This document shows, piece by piece, positions 44,426-52,134 of a DNA stretch of 52,789 nt (positions within the stretch are counted from its first letter, which is position 1; each line of letters begins with the position of its first letter). Origin of the DNA: Candidatus Levyibacteriota bacterium (GTDB taxonomy: Bacteria; Patescibacteriota; Microgenomatia; Levybacterales; UBA12049); assembly GCA_027459725.1 (NCBI GenBank), contig DAIDHK010000008.1, positions 1-52,789 on the forward strand. Direction: 5' to 3'. The notes under the pieces are model-generated. The model ran no database searches. It was not told where the DNA came from and worked only from the letters and a program-made list of their open reading frames with translations. Made by a program: the position numbers and the translations under genes.

Positions 44426-44698
44426 CTATTTTTGCTTTTGAAAAACAGTCATAATTTCTGTAATTGCCTCATCTTTTTTCCCTTTACTGATTGCATCTGC
44501 AACACAACCCTTCAAATGATTTTCTAAAAGTACATTTCCAGTTCCTTTTAATTGGCTTTCTACAGCTTGCAGCTGAGTAAGAATATCAATGCAGTATACG
44601 TCATCTTCAACCATCTTCATGACGTTTTCTATTTGTCCTTTGGCAATCTTGAGTCGGTGTAGAATTCTTTCTTGTGTATTTTTTGGTCTATATGCCAT
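44426..44698 (-). CDS. csoR: CsoR-family copper-sensing repressor
   Basis: ILHRLKIAKGQIENVMKMVEDDVYCIDILTQLQAV...HLKGCV. Confidence 0.85.
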   Translation of the reverse strand: MAYRPKNTQERILHRLKIAKGQIENVMKMVEDDVYCIDILTQLQAVESQLKGTGNVLLENHLKGCVADAISKGKKDEAITEIMTVFQKQK

Positions 44699-44719
44699 AT
44701 ATACCCCCTAGGGGTATAT
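44699..44719. promoter_or_regulatory. CsoR-type operator ATATACCCC-CTA-GGGGTATAT
   Basis: 9-bp perfect inverted arms with a G/C tract, starting at the base adjacent to the csoR ATG. Confidence 0.7.
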
Positions 44720-44784
44720 TACGTCTAAGAAAGATTTCTGTCAAGAGAACATAATTCTTCCAAAAGAAAACCATACTTCTTAAA

Positions 44785-44836
44785 AATAGCTTATCAAATC
44801 AAGCTATTGACAATTACTATCTTGCAGTGCTATAAG
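44785..44836 (+). promoter_or_regulatory. promoter TTGACA-18-TATAAG of the T4SS-like operon, overlapped by inverted repeat AATAGCTT-N8-AAGCTATT
   Basis: -35 at 44807-44812 and -10 at 44831-44836. The inverted repeat spans 44785-44808. Confidence 0.55.
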
Positions 44837-44847
44837 TTTGAATACTT

Positions 44848-44874
44848 AAAGCTGCCTCACTTGGCGGCTTTTTT
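44848..44874 (+). terminator. terminator-like 5' hairpin GCTGCC-tcactt-GGCGGC-T6 between the promoter and the pilin gene
   Basis: 6-bp GC-rich stem flanked by AAA and TTTTTT, about 20 nt upstream of the AAGGAGG-GTG start. Confidence 0.45.
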
Positions 44875-44894
44875 GTGTGAAAGGAGGTGTTATT

Positions 44895-45236
44895 GTGAAG
44901 AAATTAGCTATTTTCTCATCAGTTGCTTTATCCATGCTTGTTATGGCTACTCCCGTTTTTGCACAAACCGCAACAACAGGTGGCGTTTCTCAGATTGAGA
45001 CATTCATCAAAAGTGTTATTCAAGTCTTTATTACTCTCGCTGGAATTGTCGCTGTAGGATTTTTTGTTTTTGGAGGATTTCGCTACATTACCTCAACAGG
45101 TAATCCAGAATCTCTTGATAAGGCAAAACATACAATTCTCTATTCAGGAATCGGATTAACCATTGTTCTTGCAGCGTTTGTCTTAATGAATATTATCACA
45201 CAGTTGGCAACCAGTGCTTTTGGGGCAGCCCAATAA
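44895..45236 (+). CDS. VirB2/TrbC-like pilin
   Basis: A strong SD (AAGGAGG) precedes GTG 44895. Signal peptide ...ATPVFA, then two hydrophobic helices separated by YITSTGNPESLDKAK. Confidence 0.65.
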   Translation: MKKLAIFSSVALSMLVMATPVFAQTATTGGVSQIETFIKSVIQVFITLAGIVAVGFFVFGGFRYITSTGNPESLDKAKHTILYSGIGLTIVLAAFVLMNIITQLATSAFGAAQ

Positions 45237-45256
45237 AATAAGTTTCTTGAAAATAT

Positions 45257-46552
45257 ATGAAACGTATTGTCGCCATATTGTCGGTTGTTTTTGCGTACTT
45301 AATAATTCCTTCAGTGGCCTTTGCAGCAACAAGTAGCGTTATTACCGATTACACAAATAACACCCTACAACTTATCACGGTTATTGCATCTGCTCTTACA
45401 GTATTTTTCCTAGTGAAAGGAGGATATCTCTATATAACTTCTGCTGGTAATCCTCAGTCTTTGGAAAATGCAAAAAAGACAATTAAAAACGCCATTATTG
45501 GATTACTCTTGGTTCTTGGGGCGCATGTTATTGTTTCAACACTCACGGCAGCCTTAGCAGGAACAGTATCTAACACTAACACCGCAGCTATTCCACTTTC
45601 CCCTATTGAAACTGTTAAGCCAAATGATGGACTTACCCAGGTTCTTATTGATGCAATTTCAGGAGTACTCCAAAATATTGTTCAAAGTGCAACAAAACCA
45701 ATTATTGATGGAATTATTACGTATCTTACAACAACACCAAGCTTGCTTTCAAATTCTGTTGTATTTAATTTCTGGTTAGTCATTGTTGGCATTACAGATA
45801 GTCTTTTTATTGTTGTTGTGGCACTTTTAGGACTGCACGTGATGAGTGCTGAAAGTCTTGGATTTGAGCAAGTTGAAATTAGGACACTTCTTCCAAAAAT
45901 AGGATTTGCCTTTTTAGGGGCAAATGTCTCACTTTTCTTAGCAGATTATGTAATTACCACATGCAACGCATTGGTCAAAGCAGTTATAGACTCAACCGGC
46001 GGGATTGCACAGGCATGGATAGTAAATGCAATTACGCTCCCTACTTTATCGAGTGGACAAACGTTTTCACTTATTACCTTATTATTTCTCGTCTTGTTTC
46101 TCATTTTGGCAATAGTCCTTCTCTTTATGTATATTGGCAGGCTTATTTTTATTGCCTTGGCAGGAGTTCTCGCCCCGTTAATCTTTCTTTTTTGGGTGTT
46201 GCCAAAGTTTTCAGACTTTGCGGAAATCGCAGTCAAAACATATATTGTCACTGTCTTTGTTATCTTTGTTCATGTAATAGTGATTCAATTGGCAGCATCA
46301 TTTTTGGCTATTCCAGCAAATAACCAGAATTCACTTTTAGCAATTGCCGTTGCCATTGGTCTTTTCTTTACGCTTCTAAAAATCCCCGGCATGATGTATC
46401 AAATGGTTTTTTATAGCTCAGGACTCAGATCCTTTAGGCAGTTAGGCGGGCAAATTATAAATGTCATTAGTAGCAGTAATAGCTCATCGGCAACTAGATC
46501 TGAAGCAGCAAGTGGCGCAGTAAAACTTGCCAGAAAGAGAGTAATGGCATGA
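45257..46552 (+). CDS. pilin-like N-terminal module fused to a VirB6/TrbL-like polytopic membrane protein
   Basis: Residues ~30-95 (YITSAGNPQSLENAKKTI...) are homologous to the preceding pilin. They are followed by at least 6 TM helices. Confidence 0.6.
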   Translation: MKRIVAILSVVFAYLIIPSVAFAATSSVITDYTNNTLQLITVIASALTVFFLVKGGYLYITSAGNPQSLENAKKTIKNAIIGLLLVLGAHVIVSTLTAALAGTVSNTNTAAIPLSPIETVKPNDGLTQVLIDAISGVLQNIVQSATKPIIDGIITYLTTTPSLLSNSVVFNFWLVIVGITDSLFIVVVALLGLHVMSAESLGFEQVEIRTLLPKIGFAFLGANVSLFLADYVITTCNALVKAVIDSTGGIAQAWIVNAITLPTLSSGQTFSLITLLFLVLFLILAIVLLFMYIGRLIFIALAGVLAPLIFLFWVLPKFSDFAEIAVKTYIVTVFVIFVHVIVIQLAASFLAIPANNQNSLLAIAVAIGLFFTLLKIPGMMYQMVFYSSGLRSFRQLGGQIINVISSSNSSSATRSEAASGAVKLARKRVMA

Positions 46553-47055
46553 GAACAACTGTTATTCCAGCACAAATCACAACAGTTGAGGATAAGATTG
46601 TTGGAAGCTTAACGCTTTCACAAATTTTTATTTTACTTATACCAGTTCTTTGGACAACACTTGTTTTCGGAGTTCTTCCTCCAACTACTCATCTTGCGTG
46701 GTATAAAATTCCTCTGATTCTTTTTGTGCTGGTAGCTTGTTTGATTCTTTCTTTAAGAATTAAAGGGAAAGTGGTTATTAATTGGTTGGTTGTAATTCTG
46801 CAATATAACCTTAGACCACAATATTATCTGTTTGACAAAAATGATACATATCTACGTGATATAGAGGTTGTAGAAAAGGTAGTGCAGCAAAAACCTGTTG
46901 CAGTAAAAAAAGAAATTGCTATTGCAGCCAAGAAATTTACTATCAAAGATCTGAAGGAGCTAGAGAAATTTATTCACAATCCAAATTACACATTTAGTCT
47001 TAAACCGGACAAGAAAGGAGGATTATATGTGGCTGTTGCACAAATCCAAAAATAA
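46549..47055 (+). CDS. PrgI-like (VirB3-analogue) small membrane protein
   Basis: IPAQITTVEDKIVGSLTLSQIFILLIPVL followed by 2 TM segments. 4-nt overlap with the previous gene. Confidence 0.55.
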   Translation: MRTTVIPAQITTVEDKIVGSLTLSQIFILLIPVLWTTLVFGVLPPTTHLAWYKIPLILFVLVACLILSLRIKGKVVINWLVVILQYNLRPQYYLFDKNDTYLRDIEVVEKVVQQKPVAVKKEIAIAAKKFTIKDLKELEKFIHNPNYTFSLKPDKKGGLYVAVAQIQK

Positions 47056-47647
47056 GGTTTCCAGTAGACGTCAAATGCAAATAAAGGAAGTCAAAGATGA
47101 TATTCTTGTGCTTCCTAATAATGAGTATCGACTTATCGTTGAAACATCATCAGTAAATTTTGAATTGAAAAGTGAAGTCGAACAAGATGTCTTAATTGAT
47201 AGTTTTCAGAATTTCCTTAATTCCCTCTCAACACCAATTCAAATCCTGATTCGTGTCCGGGAAGTGGACATTGACCACTACGTTGAGCAAATCAGTAAAA
47301 GCAAGGTAACTGAGAAAGAAAAAGTCTACAAAGAACAGATTGATAATTATTGTGAGTTTATTGAAGAACTTGTATCGGGAAATAAAATCCTCTCAAGGAA
47401 ATTTTATGTTGTTATTCCCTATCATCACACAGGATCAAATAAAGATTTTCAACTTATTAAAGAACAATTATATGTTAGTCGGGATATTGTTATGCGAGGT
47501 ATGGAAAAACTTGGCATGAAAGTGCGAACGTTGGATAGTTTGGAAGTTCTTAATCTTTTCTATAGCTTTTACAATCCAAGCCAAGTGAAGACACAAGAAT
47601 TGAAAGCAGAGACAGTCAAAGCAATTTTTCAACAAGCATATGTTTAA
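47027..47647 (+). CDS. VirB4/PrgJ N-terminal-domain-like protein (separate ORF; alternative start 47075)
   Basis: QIKEVKDDILVLPNNEYRLIVETSSVNFELKSE..Q resembles the N-terminal domain of Gram-positive VirB4 ATPases. Overlaps the next ORF by 8 nt. Confidence 0.55.
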   Translation: MWLLHKSKNKVSSRRQMQIKEVKDDILVLPNNEYRLIVETSSVNFELKSEVEQDVLIDSFQNFLNSLSTPIQILIRVREVDIDHYVEQISKSKVTEKEKVYKEQIDNYCEFIEELVSGNKILSRKFYVVIPYHHTGSNKDFQLIKEQLYVSRDIVMRGMEKLGMKVRTLDSLEVLNLFYSFYNPSQVKTQELKAETVKAIFQQAYV

Positions 47648-49445
47648 CCTAAATAAAAAAGAGTTAAAAAATCGAACAACGTTGCGCCGCGACGTTGTTA
47701 AACGGTCTTTTCAGTATAATTTTGGAGAACAAGATCAAGTTGATTTAATTTCTTACTCAGGGCTTGAGGAAAACACAACATATCTTCAGATGGGAGATAA
47801 ATATGTTCGTACACTCTTTGTGTCTGGATATCCATATGTTGGCTCGACTGGTTGGCTGAACATGCTTATTAACTTTAATCATAATATTGATATCTCCTAT
47901 CATATTGAACAAGTTGATCCAATTCATGCACTGCCTAAGCTCAATAGAAAAATTACTGAGCTTGAATCAACCAAACGAACCATGTTGAAAGCTGGTAAAG
48001 TTATTGGTTCTGAAATTACTGATCCATTAGAATCTGCGATGGAACTAAAAGACAAAATCCAACGAGGACAAGAAAAACTATTTCAAGTATCAATATATAT
48101 GGCAATTACTGCAAATAGTTTGGCAGAATTAAATAAAGTTACAACGCTTTTGGAGACTGTCATGTCAACGAGGCTATTTTATATTAAGACCGCAACATTC
48201 CAACAACTAGAAGGACTTCAGTCAAGTCTTCCTCGCGGAGAAAATTTACTTGCACAAAAACGCAATCTTGATAGTTCAAGTGCTGCGCTTACCTTCCCTT
48301 TTGTTTCTTCTGAATTAGTGCAAGAATCAGGAATTTTGTATGGTATCAATAAATCAAATAACTCATTAGTTATTGTTGATAGGTTTTCTTTAAATAATGC
48401 CAATTCTATTGTCTTTGCTCAATCAGGGAGTGGGAAAAGCTACACAGCAAAAGTGGAAATCTTAAGACAACTTATGCAAGGAACAAAAGTAATTGTCATT
48501 GATCCAGAGCGGGAATATAAACAGCTTACCTACTCAGTGAACGGGACGTATATAAAACTTTCAGCAAAATCAAAAGAGAAAATTAACCCGTTTGATTTCG
48601 CAACTACGGTCAAAAACGGCGATGAATTGGCAGAACATACGCAGGACTTAACAGAAATTATTTCCTTGATGGTTGGAGGGCTGAATGCTGATGAAAAAGC
48701 AGCAGTTGATAAAGCAATACTACAAACCTATAAGCAATTTGGTTGGTTGCTCAATCCAACATACACGCCAAAAAAGAAACGAGATTCAAGAGGTAGAAAA
48801 CCAAAAGAAAAAGCGTATCCGCTACTCAAAGATTTCTATAAAACCCTTAAGCAGATGAAGCAGAAAACGCTTTGTAATAAACTTGAGAAATTTATTAAAG
48901 GCTCACTTTTCGCTGTATTTGACTCTCCAACCAATATTAAGTTGGATAACAGGCTTGTTGTATTTGATATCAAAGACCTCAACGAATCCCTCAGACAAAT
49001 TATGATGATGGTTGTTGCTAATTTTGTTTCAGCACAGGTCAAAGAAAGTCCCCAGAAACGCATTTTAATCATTGATGAGGGTTGGATGCTCTTGCAACAC
49101 GAAGAGAGCGCTAGATTCGTTGCAGGGCTCACAAGAAGGGCAAGAAAATATTACCTGGGTGTTACCATTATCTCTCAACAGGCAAATGATTTTTTGACCC
49201 AGGATTATGGTCGTGCCATTGCTTCGCAATCTGCACTTAGAGTTTTAATGAAGCAAGATACAACAACAATTAAGAAGGTCGCAACAGAATTTAACCTCAG
49301 TGAATATGAACAGCATTTTCTTTTAACGTGTGATCGTGGAGAGGCATTACTAATTGCCGATCAAAATCATGTAGCTGTCAAGGTTGTTGCATCAGAAAAA
49401 GAACATCCTCTACTTACTACTGATCCAAAAGAGATTTATTTATAA
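47640..49445 (+). CDS. virB4: VirB4-like T4SS ATPase (ATPase domain)
   Basis: Walker A QSGSGKSYT and Walker B ILIIDEGW. 601 aa. Confidence 0.8.
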   Translation: MFNLNKKELKNRTTLRRDVVKRSFQYNFGEQDQVDLISYSGLEENTTYLQMGDKYVRTLFVSGYPYVGSTGWLNMLINFNHNIDISYHIEQVDPIHALPKLNRKITELESTKRTMLKAGKVIGSEITDPLESAMELKDKIQRGQEKLFQVSIYMAITANSLAELNKVTTLLETVMSTRLFYIKTATFQQLEGLQSSLPRGENLLAQKRNLDSSSAALTFPFVSSELVQESGILYGINKSNNSLVIVDRFSLNNANSIVFAQSGSGKSYTAKVEILRQLMQGTKVIVIDPEREYKQLTYSVNGTYIKLSAKSKEKINPFDFATTVKNGDELAEHTQDLTEIISLMVGGLNADEKAAVDKAILQTYKQFGWLLNPTYTPKKKRDSRGRKPKEKAYPLLKDFYKTLKQMKQKTLCNKLEKFIKGSLFAVFDSPTNIKLDNRLVVFDIKDLNESLRQIMMMVVANFVSAQVKESPQKRILIIDEGWMLLQHEESARFVAGLTRRARKYYLGVTIISQQANDFLTQDYGRAIASQSALRVLMKQDTTTIKKVATEFNLSEYEQHFLLTCDRGEALLIADQNHVAVKVVASEKEHPLLTTDPKEIYL

Positions 49446-49450
49446 TCGTT

Positions 49451-50074
49451 ATGAATTTTTTCATGTTTGGTAGCGTTTGGTCTTTTCGACGCGAATTAAA
49501 ATTTGTTATTTTGACCATTGTTCTTATACTCCTCCTCCCTATTTTTGCAGTTATCCTTTTAACCAATGCCGGAATTGATATTGTTTCGGATAAACTTGCC
49601 ACACATAACACACAAACTAACAAAGTTGAGATTCATAATCCTGCTGATGGCTCAGTAGTTACTGAGGTATCTTCTGAAAGAGAGTGGCCAGTGCATGGAG
49701 TTGTAACGCTTGAGTTTGGAGCAATAGACCTTCCGTATCAGCCCTTGCACACAGGAATTGATATAGCTAACCCCCAAGGACAAATTGGTGATTCTGTCAC
49801 TCCTTTTATGGATGGAACGGTAATTTATGCTGGAGAGATATTTTGGGGTTACGGCAAACATATTATTATTGACCATGGAAGCAATATTACTTCTCTTTAT
49901 GGACATTTAGACAAAATATTCGTGTATGTTGGAGAAAAAGTGCATTTAGGACAAGTTATCGGGCATGAGGGAGAAACAGGTTGGGCAACAGGACCCCATG
50001 TGCATTTTGAAACAAGAGTGTATGGTATTCCTGTAAATCCAAGAACATTTTTGGCTGGCGACCCAGCACAATAG
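49451..50074 (+). CDS. membrane-anchored M23 peptidase (T4SS-associated cell-wall hydrolase candidate)
   Basis: HTGIDIA...GHLDKI...GETGWATGPHVHFE. Confidence 0.8.
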   Translation: MNFFMFGSVWSFRRELKFVILTIVLILLLPIFAVILLTNAGIDIVSDKLATHNTQTNKVEIHNPADGSVVTEVSSEREWPVHGVVTLEFGAIDLPYQPLHTGIDIANPQGQIGDSVTPFMDGTVIYAGEIFWGYGKHIIIDHGSNITSLYGHLDKIFVYVGEKVHLGQVIGHEGETGWATGPHVHFETRVYGIPVNPRTFLAGDPAQ

Positions 50075-50099
50075 GCTTGTTATGTTATAATATAGATAT

Positions 50100-50318
50100 A
50101 TGGATAGTCCTCAATTTAGGAAACAGGTTGGAGAAGGAATTAAAAAAGCACGAATTAAAGCTAAGCTTACTCAGGCAGAAGCTGCCAAAAAGGCAGGGAT
50201 AAATGTTAATTACTTTGCAGTTATTGAGCGTGGGGAGGTAACCACCTCTGGTGAAAAATTAGAGAATATAAGTAAAGCACTAGGAACAACCGTAGATGAA
50301 TTAACAAAATCTAAATAA
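50100..50318 (+). CDS. XRE-family helix-turn-helix transcriptional regulator
   Basis: IKKARIKAKLTQAEAAKKAGINVNYFAVIERGE. Confidence 0.8.
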   Translation: MDSPQFRKQVGEGIKKARIKAKLTQAEAAKKAGINVNYFAVIERGEVTTSGEKLENISKALGTTVDELTKSK

Positions 50319-50326
50319 GCACCACC

Positions 50327-50581
50327 TTATTTCTTCTTTATAAATCCTTTGGCAAAAAGTTGCATAATGTCTGCTAGCTTTTCTGCTCTTTCTAGAGTTG
50401 CATGTTCTGGATCGGTTTGCTGAAGCATTTTTAAGGTAGATTTCGTTACTTTAGATTTATTGCCTTGATTTGCTGCGAAATTAAATGTGGATGCACTGAT
50501 TTTTTCTAGCATCTTCTTAAACTTGCTTTTTTCAAGAATCTGCTTTATTTCATTCCATGGCAAAGCCTTATTAGCTGTCAT
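50327..50581 (-). CDS. hypothetical small protein
   Basis: 84-aa ORF downstream of the PLD-like gene on the same strand. Confidence 0.45.
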   Translation of the reverse strand: MTANKALPWNEIKQILEKSKFKKMLEKISASTFNFAANQGNKSKVTKSTLKMLQQTDPEHATLERAEKLADIMQLFAKGFIKKK

Positions 50582-50628
50582 ATTGGCTAAATTCTATCAG
50601 AAATTCATTACTGAGGTAAAGCGGAAGC

Positions 50629-51087
50629 TTACAAAAGCCTTTTATATTTCAGAAAAGTAAACATTTCCATAGCAGTTTCTCCGTTTTCTATTCGTCTCAT
50701 AATTTCTCGACTGTGCGTTTGGGAAAGAATATTGAGGCTTCCTTCCCAAAGAATTTGTCTATCTAAAATGGCTAGCTTTCTGTGATGGTTGCCTGAACAA
50801 AGTAAAACCTGAATTCCTACAGTTTCACACCATCTAATTGCATCTTCAGATTGTGTCTCCATACTCTCCTCATGCTCTTTTGGGTCTCTGGTTATTATGT
50901 ATACTTTTACCCCACGGTCTAATAGTTTTTGGAATATGCGATCAAACGTTTTCATCCGTTTTGTAGTAATGTATGGGCTTTCAATGAAAACTTCGTTTTT
51001 GCATTTAGAAAGATCTTTGGTAAAGGTTTGATAAAAAGTGGTTTCATCAAAGAGATCAGAGGATGATAAAGAATTATTTGTCCTCAT
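50629..51087 (-). CDS. phospholipase D-superfamily (Nuc-like) single-HKD nuclease
   Basis: HHRKLAILD...GSLN (HxKxxxxD...GSxN). Has the ~150-aa size typical of Nuc-type endonucleases. Confidence 0.7.
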   Translation of the reverse strand: MRTNNSLSSSDLFDETTFYQTFTKDLSKCKNEVFIESPYITTKRMKTFDRIFQKLLDRGVKVYIITRDPKEHEESMETQSEDAIRWCETVGIQVLLCSGNHHRKLAILDRQILWEGSLNILSQTHSREIMRRIENGETAMEMFTFLKYKRLL

Positions 51088-51147
51088 CTTTATCCTCCGC
51101 AGCTTGATAAGCCTCCATGAACCTGGTAAAATGAGTTAATAACGTGA

Positions 51148-51180
51148 GAAGAGGTTCAAAATAAAACCCCTCTTCCGCAC
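51148..51180. repeat. putative attR of island 2: T-arm-like hairpin plus core
   Basis: GAAGAGGTTCAAAATAAAACCCCTCTTCCGCAC. Shares GGTTCAAAATAAA with the island 1 attR, and CCTCTTCC..GCAC with the tRNA-Leu(GAG) 3' end. Confidence 0.5.
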
Positions 51181-51772
51181 TACAGTGAACATATTGTCTC
51201 CAAATTATTTTTAGTCTCAAAATATGGTTCAATATGATTTTTGTGTACTCAGTTCTTTGTGCTTAATTTTTTAAGATATTGTCTTGATTAGAGCTTTTTA
51301 GATTTGTATAAACAAACACTGCCAATTCAATGAGTAGAACTAAATTCTACGGAAAATCAAGCTAACATTGGCTTAGTTGGAATTCAAAATCGCCAATCGG
51401 CATTACAGAATCACGAGTTTATTGAAGATTCTAAAGCTGGTGTTGAAGTTGGACTGGATTACTTACCTTTATAGTAGGATGTTGAATATCAGTAAGTGCT
51501 GATTCTTATCTAATGTAAAATTATTTATATATCATCATGTAAATCTACAAACAACATTCTGAAATTTATAATTATCTCAGACGTTGTAGTTGTATTAGTA
51601 TAAAATGTGACTTTTGTGTTAAAATTCGTGGTAGAGTTGTATTGGATTTATAAAGTATCAAAGTCTGCAAAGATATTGTTAAAACTGAAGAAATGTTATA
51701 GTATATTTTACTATTACTACAAGATCACTAGATAGATTGCTAGATTTATAAAAATTAGAAGTTATTAATAAC

Positions 51773-51848
51773 GGACGATTAGCTCAGTTGGTAGAGCGCT
51801 TCATTTACACTGAAGATGTCAGGGGTTCGAGTCCCTTATCGTCCACCA
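51773..51848 (+). tRNA. tRNA-Val (anticodon UAC) with encoded CCA
   Basis: Hand-folded: GGACGAT acceptor, D-arm GCTC-AGTTGGTA-GAGC, anticodon loop TTTACAC, T-arm AGGGG-TTCGAGT-CCCTT, ACCA end. Confidence 0.9.
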
Positions 51849-52134
51849 TTTGGTGCTGAGACTGTTTAAAAAAGATTGATTAGGCTGATATAAGGCTCCA
51901 AACTAGATGTTCCAGACTTCAATTCGTTATATGTTGGCTGCTCATTGAATAGTACTTCCAAATAAGCAGCTCTTTTAAAAGGATTAGATTTTCCAAGCAA
52001 AATAACTTCTGAGCATAAATATATAGAGACCTTCAAAAAAGATTGTGCCATATCATTTTCCGCCCTACCCTCTCTTGCATACTCATTTCAACACTATGTA
52101 TACTGAATATGTAGTAGAGGTAAGAAAGAGTTAT

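Larger units (their letters stand above)
19877..51180. mobile_element. island 2 (~31 kb): putative integrative conjugative element at tRNA-Leu(GAG) with heavy-metal and thiol-redox cargo
   Basis: Serine recombinase at the tRNA end. CCTCTTCC..GCACTA is repeated at 19877-19892 and 51169-51182. Carries a T4SS-like gene set, a coupling ATPase, a replication-relaxation protein and a toxin-antitoxin pair. Confidence 0.65.

Noticed and set aside
51866-52051. 61-aa minus-strand ORF after tRNA-Val
   Set aside because: It is short and isolated, has no recognisable motif or SD, and lies in the putative promoter region of the plus-strand gene starting at 52135.
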